From Gemmatimonadales bacterium (GTDB lineage: Bacteria > Gemmatimonadota > Gemmatimonadetes > Gemmatimonadales > GWC2-71-9), in assembly GCA_025935995.1 (NCBI GenBank), contig JAICUF010000003.1:67-64066 (forward strand): 64,000 nucleotides of DNA. Direction: 5' to 3'. The position numbers and the translations under genes are program-made. Positions 18,133-24,670 of this stretch are shown here, one piece after another (the stretch's first letter is position 1; every line of letters begins with the position of its first letter). The notes under the pieces were generated by a model. That model had not been told where the DNA came from. It searched no databases and worked only from the letters and a program-made list of their open reading frames with translations.

Positions 18133-19188
18133 TTACGCCGCCGAGCTGCCGGCCCGACCCGACTTGCGGGTCTCGACCTGCCGCTTGAGCCAGTCGATCT
18201 GATCCTTGATCGTCTGCCGCGTGGCCTTGGTGGCGAGCCAGTCGAGCGCCCGCCGCCGCTCGTCGTCCGTGAAGACCGGCGAATCCGCCAGCCGCTGGAA
18301 GAAGGCGACCTGCTTCTCGGTCGGGGCGTACGGCCCGATCCGGGTCACGACCTCGCTCCGGCTGGCGACCTCGCTCCGGACCGGCTCCTGCGGCCGCGGG
18401 GCCTCGACGGCCGGTGCCGGCGCCGGCGTCGCCTTCGACACTCCGCGGAGCGTGCCGCTCCGCGCCTCCACGACGCGGGTCTGGCCGGCCTGCCGCGCGC
18501 CCGCGATGACCTGCGCGCGCACGTTGCCGGGGATGAGCCGGAAGCGCGCGTTCCGCGCGGCCTTCATGGCGCCGGCCTCGTACCAGTGCGGATTGAGCTG
18601 CTTGCCGCGCTGCGCGACCACTTCGTCGCCCGCCAGAATGCGCTTCACGAACTCCCGGATCTCGGGCTCGCTGAAGTTCTCGGCCATCCAGGCGAGATAA
18701 TCCCGCCCATCGGCCGTCTCGAGCAGCTCGCGATAGGTGCGGCCCTTGTACTTCCTGCTCGCAACCCGCGCATCGAGGTCAAGCTGGGCCGGCTCGTAAT
18801 AGAGCGCCTGGCGCTTGACCCCGATGACCTGGTCGAGGCGGACTTCGGTACCGTCGGGCGAGACGGCGTAGCGTGCGGCCTTCACCTTGAAGAGCGCCTC
18901 GCGATCGTCGTCTTCGCCGATGACGGCATACTCCAGGTCCTCCTCACGAATGACCTGGCCCTGCGACACGAGCGCCATGCAGCACTCGTCGACGCCCGTC
19001 TTCGAAAGCCCCACGACTTCCTGTCCGCCTTCCTTCACGACATAGACGAGATCGGTGCTCGCGACGCCCTCGAGCTCGCGGCGAAGCGCTTCCTCGTCGA
19101 GCCGGTCCATCAGCTGAAACGGATCCCAGGGCGCGACGGCCGGCGCGGCCACGGGAGACTCGGGGGTGTGCTGCGGTAGTTCGGACAT
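18133..19188 (-). CDS. Hypothetical protein, putative Rad52/ERF-like single-strand annealing protein with DUF3820-like insert and helical C-terminal domain
   Basis: AGGAG RBS before ATG 19188; 351 aa; GLSKTGV, beta-rich core, AMKAARNARFRLIP helix; insert KYKGRTYRELL...YLAWM; Pro/Ala linker; C-terminal PTEKQ...IDWLK. The CDS is secure; the function is inferred. Confidence 0.55.
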   Translation of the reverse strand: MSELPQHTPESPVAAPAVAPWDPFQLMDRLDEEALRRELEGVASTDLVYVVKEGGQEVVGLSKTGVDECCMALVSQGQVIREEDLEYAVIGEDDDREALFKVKAARYAVSPDGTEVRLDQVIGVKRQALYYEPAQLDLDARVASRKYKGRTYRELLETADGRDYLAWMAENFSEPEIREFVKRILAGDEVVAQRGKQLNPHWYEAGAMKAARNARFRLIPGNVRAQVIAGARQAGQTRVVEARSGTLRGVSKATPAPAPAVEAPRPQEPVRSEVASRSEVVTRIGPYAPTEKQVAFFQRLADSPVFTDDERRRALDWLATKATRQTIKDQIDWLKRQVETRKSGRAGSSAA

Positions 19189-19440
19189 GTGCTCCTGCCT
19201 CTCGCTCATGTGCATGGACGGGTCCGTTCGGACACGTCCTCCGTAACCCAACGCCTGGTCAGGGCTCGATGCTGCGCCGCGCTGGCGGCCCGGGGACCGG
19301 TCCGGAAATGCTGCCTGTGACTGACCGCCTGTCCGCTGGTCTCGGCCGGCACCTCGGGTGGAGACCCGGCGGCCGGGACAGCCCTTCAGTTGCGGATTTT
19401 TTGCGGGAGAAAGGTCCGTCAGATTTGTGAATGAGCAGAC

Positions 19441-19479
19441 AGCTAACTTACAATATACCAATTTGTTAGCTATTGTCAA
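19441..19479 (-). promoter_or_regulatory. Near-consensus sigma70 promoter overlapped by an inverted-repeat operator
   Basis: Minus strand TTGACA (19474-19479)-N16-TATATT (19452-19457) with TG extended -10; AGCTAAC (19441-19447)-N17-GTTAGCT (19465-19471). Confidence 0.75.
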
Positions 19480-19667
19480 GGCGTCGTGGCTTCGGGGTTT
19501 GTTCGAGGCCAGGTGTAAGCCCCACAACGACTTGCCGGTGCAGCCGCGCCGGCCACCTGAACGCGGCTTCGCCGTGACCCGTCCCAAACATCGCGCGTGC
19601 GGCGTGAGTTCCCTCGCGCGGCCCTTCCGGAAGCAGGCAGCGGCGGCTACACTTCGCACCGCATCGA

Positions 19668-19741
19668 CGGGACGTAGCGCAGTCCGGTAGCGCACTGCAA
19701 TGGGGTTGCAGGGGTCGCGGGTTCAAATCCCGCCGTCCCGA
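19668..19741 (+). tRNA. tRNA-Pro (GGG)
   Basis: Acceptor CGGGACG/CGTCCCG; anticodon arm CTGCA-ATGGGGT-TGCAG; GGTTCAAATCC T-arm. Confidence 0.96.
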
Positions 19742-19750
19742 TGCTCGGGG

Positions 19751-19779
19751 GGCCGGCCGACTGGCCGGCTTCTTCATTT
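19751..19779 (+). terminator. Intrinsic terminator after tRNA-Pro
   Basis: GCCGGCC/GGCCGGC stem followed by TTCTTCATTT. Confidence 0.6.
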
Positions 19780-19815
19780 CCCGTATTCGATTCCCGTTTC
19801 CGACGCCATCCGCTC

Positions 19816-20274
19816 ATGCGACTCCTGCTTCCGCTCGCCATCGCGGCCGGCATCGCCGCCTGCGACCTCAACGACTTCCGGACCGTGCCCATCGCGCACG
19901 CCGGCTTCGCCAAGGAGCTTCACGTGGATACCACCGCCATGACCGCGGCACCGTCCGGCCTTCGCTACCAGGATCTGGCAGTCGGGAGCGGGGAGCCTGC
20001 GCGCGCCGGCAGCACCGTGGCCGTGCAGTACTCCGGGTGGTTGACGGACGGGCGCCAGTTCGACTCGAGCCGAGGCCATGGGGCGCTCGAGTTCACGATC
20101 GGCAACCATGAAGTGATCGAGGGATGGGACGAGGGGCTGACGGGGATGCGGGTGGGCGGCAAGCGGAAGCTCGTGATTCCTCCCTCGCTGGGCTACGGTG
20201 CTGCCGGAAGTCCGCCGGTCATTCCGCCGAATGCGACGCTGGTCTTCGACGTGGAGCTCGTCGGGATCCGCTGA
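19816..20274 (+). CDS. FKBP-type peptidyl-prolyl isomerase (lipoprotein)
   Basis: Lipobox IAAC; YSGWL.DG.QFDSS, VIEGWDEG, IPPSLGYG, IPPNATLVFDVEL. Confidence 0.95.
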   Translation: MRLLLPLAIAAGIAACDLNDFRTVPIAHAGFAKELHVDTTAMTAAPSGLRYQDLAVGSGEPARAGSTVAVQYSGWLTDGRQFDSSRGHGALEFTIGNHEVIEGWDEGLTGMRVGGKRKLVIPPSLGYGAAGSPPVIPPNATLVFDVELVGIR

Positions 20275-20298
20275 GCGGAGCCCGGACCGTCGAACCTG

Positions 20299-20700
20299 TC
20301 ACGACCCGGAGATGCTCGCCGCGGCGGAGATCATCGCGGCCGCCGCGCGCGCATGCGGGAGCAGCGACGCGAGACTCCCCCGCGCCAGCCGAAGCCGGCC
20401 GGTCATGAGCGCCATGGCGGGCTGCACTCTTCCACTGAACACCTCATTCCACGCGGCAGCCGGAGCTTCGAAGACGTAGGCCGCGGACGCCAGGTCGTCG
20501 GCGCTCGCGGCCCGCGCGCTCCGGCATCGCCCGTCGCCGGCGTCCACGATCGCGGCGCCGGCGATCTCGCCTCCCGTCTCCCGCATCACCAGCGCGACGG
20601 TGCCGACCCAGCCGGCGGCTGCGTCCCGGAAGGTCGCGCTCTGGCCGAGCGCGGTGCACCAGCGCTCGGCCCACTCCGCTGAAAAGAGCTGCAAACTCAT
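20299..20700 (-). CDS. SCP2 sterol-binding domain protein
   Basis: LFSAEWAERW...AAGWVG; WNEVFSGRVQPAMALMTGRLRLARG pattern. Confidence 0.8.
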   Translation of the reverse strand: MSLQLFSAEWAERWCTALGQSATFRDAAAGWVGTVALVMRETGGEIAGAAIVDAGDGRCRSARAASADDLASAAYVFEAPAAAWNEVFSGRVQPAMALMTGRLRLARGSLASLLPHARAAAAMISAAASISGS

Positions 20701-20750
20701 CTGCCAAGCATAGATAGGCGTCGGATGAAACACCACGATACGATTTGTTT

Positions 20751-20766
20751 CGTGAGCAAGGTCACA
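20751..20766. promoter_or_regulatory. CRP/FNR-family binding site between divergent SCP2 and OmpA genes
   Basis: CGTGA-GCAAGG-TCACA, 9/10 match to TGTGA-N6-TCACA. Confidence 0.6.
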
Positions 20767-20837
20767 GCCGCATCGCGCTCCGGCGGGCCACATTCAGCGT
20801 GTCGTAACGTTGAGACCCCGACGGACAAGGAGGGACG

Positions 20838-21479
20838 ATGATGTGGACCCGTACTACTCTGGCGATGGGACTGGCCATGGGCCTGTCCGCCTGCGCCGCG
20901 AAAGTGACCCGCAAGGACTTCGACAGTGAAGTCGCGAAGATCCGGGACGAGATGCAGACCGGCGACCGTCAGCTGGGCGCCCGCATCGACTCGACCAACA
21001 GCCGTCTCGACGCGCTGGAGAAGGAGCTCACCGCTTTCCGCGGTGAATACAACGTCAGCATGGAGCGGATGAAGGGGATGCTCAAGTTCAATGTCCCCGT
21101 CCACTTCGACTTCGCCAGCGCGGACCTGCGCGAGGCTGACCGGCCGGTGCTCGATCGCTTCGCCGGCGTCGTGAAGGAATATTATCCGAACGCGACGATC
21201 ACCGTCGAAGGGTTCGCGGACCCGGCCGGCGGCACGCGCTTCAATGAGCGGCTCGGCATGCGCCGCGCCGAGGCGGTGCGCGACTACCTGCAGGGCACCG
21301 GCGCGCTTGCCGGCAACCTGCGCGCCGTGAGCTACGGCGAGGCGACCAATCGTCAGGTCGTGCCGGGCGCCCGCGGCCCCGGTGACCAAGGCATGCAGAA
21401 TCGCCGAGTCGCGCTCGTGATCGAGGATGCCTCGATGGATTCGACCGCGGCACCGGCATCGGTCTCTTCCGCCGACTGA
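20838..21479 (+). CDS. OmpA-family (peptidoglycan-binding) lipoprotein with N-terminal coiled coil
   Basis: Lipobox LSAC; VHFDFASADL, VEGFAD, NERLGMRRAEAV, NRRV. Confidence 0.92.
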   Translation: MMWTRTTLAMGLAMGLSACAAKVTRKDFDSEVAKIRDEMQTGDRQLGARIDSTNSRLDALEKELTAFRGEYNVSMERMKGMLKFNVPVHFDFASADLREADRPVLDRFAGVVKEYYPNATITVEGFADPAGGTRFNERLGMRRAEAVRDYLQGTGALAGNLRAVSYGEATNRQVVPGARGPGDQGMQNRRVALVIEDASMDSTAAPASVSSAD

Positions 21480-21499
21480 ATCGGGTTTGCGCAGTCCAG

Positions 21500-21533
21500 C
21501 GCCCCGCGGGCAGCCGCGGGGCGTTTTCCTTTT
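21500..21533 (+). terminator. Intrinsic terminator after OmpA gene
   Basis: CGCCCCGCGG-GCAG-CCGCGGGGCG followed by TTTTCCTTTT. Confidence 0.85.
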
Positions 21534-21729
21534 CCGTCCAGCAATCCGCGACCAGCTCCCACCGACCGGCTCCGCTCCCGCCGCCGGCTTCGCACAGGCG
21601 CGCCGCCCCCCCAGCAGCACCTGTGGGCAAGCTCGGCAAGTCGCTGTGCTGCCGGAAGATGGCGTTGAGGCTCCCGACCGCCCGGACCCCCTCCTGAACG
21701 TACCCGGTGCCGATGGTCGCGCCGGTGAG

Positions 21730-21745
21730 TGGCACGCCCGTTGCC
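21730..21745 (+). promoter_or_regulatory. Sigma54 (-24/-12) promoter of the pilus locus
   Basis: TGGCAC-GCCCG-TTGC, exact consensus, about 75 bp upstream of the first pilin ATG. Confidence 0.8.
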
Positions 21746-21820
21746 TTCCCGCCACCCGGTTGCCGAGGTCGTCCGACCCGGCGCGGTCGTCCCACCACCA
21801 CTCGACAAGGGGTCGTAGCC

Positions 21821-22297
21821 ATGCGTCGCTCTCTCTCGCTGGTCGTCGCGCTTGCTGCTGTGGGTGCCGGCAGCGCCGAAGCTCAGGGCACTTCCGGGTC
21901 CATCAATGCGACCGCACAGGTTGTGGCGGCGCTCACCGTGAACGGCACCGATCTCGTCTTCGGCAATATCGCGCCGACGTCGTTCAAGACCGTCGCGCCC
22001 GCGTCGGGCGGCACCTTCACGGTCACCGGCGCTGCGAGCCAGCCGGTGAGCGTCTCGTTCGCCCTTCCGACCACCCTGGGGAACGCCGCGGTGGCCATTG
22101 GCACGTGGACCGGTCTCTCGAACACGTCCAACTCGACCGCCGGTGCGTCCGCCCTGACCCCCTCGGCCGGCGCGCAGACGCTGTCGCTGAGCGGGACCGG
22201 ATCGCTCTACCTCTGGGTCGGCGCGACCGTGACCACGACCGCGGCATCGGTCGGGACGTATTCGGCACCCGTGACGCTCACCGTCGTGTACAACTGA
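21821..22297 (+). CDS. DUF4402-like pilin subunit 1 (probable major subunit)
   Basis: Signal peptide AEA-Q; DLVFGNI, FTVTG, LYLWVGATV, C-terminal GTYSAPVTLTVVYN strand. Confidence 0.78.
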   Translation: MRRSLSLVVALAAVGAGSAEAQGTSGSINATAQVVAALTVNGTDLVFGNIAPTSFKTVAPASGGTFTVTGAASQPVSVSFALPTTLGNAAVAIGTWTGLSNTSNSTAGASALTPSAGAQTLSLSGTGSLYLWVGATVTTTAASVGTYSAPVTLTVVYN

Positions 22298-22319
22298 CGC
22301 GTCCATTCCTCGGCTGCAC

Positions 22320-22351
22320 GCGGCCGTGGGGGCTTCCGCCTTCACGGCCGC
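22320..22351 (+). terminator. Intercistronic hairpin after first pilin (mRNA stabiliser or attenuator)
   Basis: GCGGCCGTG-GGGGC-TTCC-GCCTT-CACGGCCGC with no U-tract. Confidence 0.6.
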
Positions 22352-22367
22352 ACTTCCGAAAGGCCAT

Positions 22368-22856
22368 GTGCGAGCCCGAACCCTCACGCCTGCCGTTCTG
22401 GTAGCGGCCGCGCTGCTCGTTGCTGCGGGACGTGGTCGCGCGCAGACGAGCGGCGGGATGGCGGCGCGCACCACCGTGGTCTCGGCGCTGACTGTCAGTG
22501 GCACGCTCGATCTTGCGTTCGGCAACGTCGCCACGACTTCGAGCAAGGTGGTTCAGGCCAGGGATGGCGGCCGGTTCAGCATCACCGGTGCAGCGAACCA
22601 GCCGGTGAGCGTGAGCTTCACTCTGCCGACCGATCTCGGCCATCCGGCCGTCGCCGTGGGCAGCTGGACCGGACTGCGCGGCTCGGCGCCGGGCGCGGGG
22701 GCGGCCAACCCGTTCGTCCCGTCCACGGCTCCGCAGACGATGACCCTGAGCGGCACCGGGCGGCTCTTCCTCTGGATCGGCGGTACCATCGTGACGACCG
22801 CCGCGCCAATCGGGAGCTACACCTCCCCTCTTGTCGTGACGGTAGTGTATAATTGA
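22368..22856 (+). CDS. DUF4402-like pilin subunit 2
   Basis: GTG start after GAAAGG; signal peptide; DLAFGNV, LFLWIGGTI, GSYTSPLVVTVVYN; close paralog of subunit 1. Confidence 0.75.
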   Translation: MRARTLTPAVLVAAALLVAAGRGRAQTSGGMAARTTVVSALTVSGTLDLAFGNVATTSSKVVQARDGGRFSITGAANQPVSVSFTLPTDLGHPAVAVGSWTGLRGSAPGAGAANPFVPSTAPQTMTLSGTGRLFLWIGGTIVTTAAPIGSYTSPLVVTVVYN

Positions 22857-22898
22857 GCGACTCCACCGAAAATCCGGATTGCGTTTGCCGCGGACTCC

Positions 22899-23372
22899 AT
22901 GACCCTGCGCCCGCTGATCGCGCTCGTGTGCCTTGCCGCCGCCCCCGCCCGGGCGGCCGCCCAGACATCGGGATCGGCCACGATGACCGGCACCGTGCTC
23001 AGTGCCATCACGATCAGCGGGAGCGATCTCGGATTCGGTAACGTCCTCCCCACCGACTCCAGGCGCGTGGCCGCCCCCATGGGCGGCCGCTTCGTCATCA
23101 CCATGGCGGCGTCCGCGCCCGTCACCATCGCCTACTCCTTTCCGGCGGCGCTCGGGCCCGGTGTCGTGCTCGGGGCGTGGGAGCTGCTGAGCAATACCCT
23201 CAGCGACCCCGCGAGCGCGCAGGCGATCACCGTCTCGTCCGGCACCGGCTCCTTCGGCGCGACGAGCGCGACCGGGGCGCTCTATCTCTGGGTGGGCGCC
23301 ACCGTCACGACCACGAACGCCGGCATCGGCAGCTACAGCCAGCCGATCACGCTCACCGTCACCTACAACTGA
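22899..23372 (+). CDS. DUF4402-like pilin subunit 3
   Basis: Signal peptide; DLGFGNV, LYLWVGATV, GSYSQPITLTVTYN. Confidence 0.75.
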   Translation: MTLRPLIALVCLAAAPARAAAQTSGSATMTGTVLSAITISGSDLGFGNVLPTDSRRVAAPMGGRFVITMAASAPVTIAYSFPAALGPGVVLGAWELLSNTLSDPASAQAITVSSGTGSFGATSATGALYLWVGATVTTTNAGIGSYSQPITLTVTYN

Positions 23373-23839
23373 TGCTCCGGAGACTCGCCGCCGCCGCCGT
23401 TCTCGTCGTGGCGCCTCCGGCCGCGGCGCGGGCACAGAATATCCAGGTCACGGGCATCCAGGGCGTCACCTTCGGCAGCATGCTCCCCGGCGTCAGCACC
23501 GTCGTCTCCCGCACCGACGGCCTGCGGGCGGCGCGCTTCGACATCAAGGGGGCCGGCAATACCCGGGTGGTCGAGCTCCAGTTCAGCCTTCCCGCGGCGC
23601 TCTCGGGTCCCGGCGGCGCGACCCTTCCGCTCTCGTATACCGCGGGCGACGCGGGCTTTTCCGCGCAGCAGAGCGTGGCCAATCAGATCGGCTTCGATCC
23701 GCGCACCGCCTACACGGCGACACTCTCCGGACCGGGCCGCGGCTCGGTCTTCCTCGGCTGCCGCGCGACACCCGCGGCGAACCAGGCGGCCGGCAACTAT
23801 TCAGCGACGCTCACCCTCACCGTGACGTACCTCCAGTGA
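23372..23839 (+). CDS. DUF4402-like pilin subunit 4 (divergent)
   Basis: TGATG overlap; signal peptide ARA-Q; VTFGSM, VFLG, GNYSATLTLTVTY. Confidence 0.72.
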   Translation: MLRRLAAAAVLVVAPPAAARAQNIQVTGIQGVTFGSMLPGVSTVVSRTDGLRAARFDIKGAGNTRVVELQFSLPAALSGPGGATLPLSYTAGDAGFSAQQSVANQIGFDPRTAYTATLSGPGRGSVFLGCRATPAANQAAGNYSATLTLTVTYLQ

Positions 23840-24666
23840 CGCTGCTCCGCACGCTGGCCCTCGCCGCGGCCCTCGTTCCCGGCACCGTGGCGGCTCAGGG
23901 GGTGCTCATCGCGCCCACCGCCGTCTTCATCGACGCGCGAAGCCGTACCGCGTCGCTCATGATCGTGAACCCCAACGAGCAGACGGCCGAGGTGGACGTC
24001 TCCACGCTCTTCGGCTATCCGGTGACCGACAGCACCGGGCAGCTGGTCCTCAGGACGATCGACGCGCCCGATTCCACCGTTCCCTCGGCGGCGGCGTGGG
24101 TCCGCCCGTTTCCCCGGCGCATGACGCTCGCGCCGCACGCGCAGCAGACGGTGCGCCTGCTCGTCTCGCCGCCGCCGTCGCTCGCCGACGGAGAGTACTG
24201 GGCCCGCCTCGTGATTACCGCGCGCGGCGGCCAGATACCGCTCACGGAGGCCGCCGACAGCGGGCAGGTGCACGTGGGCCTGTCGGTCGAGGTGCGGACC
24301 ATCCTGCCACTCCTCTACCGCAAGGGCCGGCAGCAGGGGGGCCTGCGCCTGTCGGACCTTACGGCGGCGCCGAGCGGGGACTCCGTCGTGGTGCGAGCGC
24401 ACCTCGTGCGCGCCGGGACGGCGGCCGCGCTCGGCACGGCACGCGGGGAGCTGGTGGATTCCACCGGCGCCGTCCGGGCGTCGTTCACTGCGCCCGTCTC
24501 GGCGTATTACGCGGTCGAGCCACGGTTCACCGTCCCGCGCGACAGCCTGCCCCCGGGCCGGTACCGGCTGCGATTCGAGGTGACCGCCGGGCGAGCCGAC
24601 CTCGCGCCGGAGGTGATCGTGCCCTTCCAGGCGGTGCGGGACTCGGTGTCGCTGCAGCTTCCCTGA
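23836..24666 (+). CDS. Periplasmic pilus chaperone (PapD-like)
   Basis: GTGA overlap; signal peptide; IAPTAVFI, WVRPFPRRMTLAPHAQQTVRL, DGEYWARL, ILPLLYRKG. Confidence 0.8.
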   Translation: MTLLRTLALAAALVPGTVAAQGVLIAPTAVFIDARSRTASLMIVNPNEQTAEVDVSTLFGYPVTDSTGQLVLRTIDAPDSTVPSAAAWVRPFPRRMTLAPHAQQTVRLLVSPPPSLADGEYWARLVITARGGQIPLTEAADSGQVHVGLSVEVRTILPLLYRKGRQQGGLRLSDLTAAPSGDSVVVRAHLVRAGTAAALGTARGELVDSTGAVRASFTAPVSAYYAVEPRFTVPRDSLPPGRYRLRFEVTAGRADLAPEVIVPFQAVRDSVSLQLP

Positions 24667-24670
24667 CGTC

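Noticed and set aside
19189-19445. Leader as retron msr-msd, 6S RNA or a known riboswitch
   Set aside because: No reverse transcriptase in the window, no typical 6S gene context, and no recognisable aptamer consensus; kept only as an unassigned structured leader.
19189-19695. N-terminal extension of the 520-aa ORF 18133-19695
   Set aside because: It runs through the promoter and into tRNA-Pro; a good AGGAG RBS supports ATG 19188.
13795-19741. Segment between tRNA-Thr and tRNA-Pro as an integrated island or prophage
   Set aside because: No integrase, no duplicated tRNA 3' end noticed, and composition looks like the flanks.
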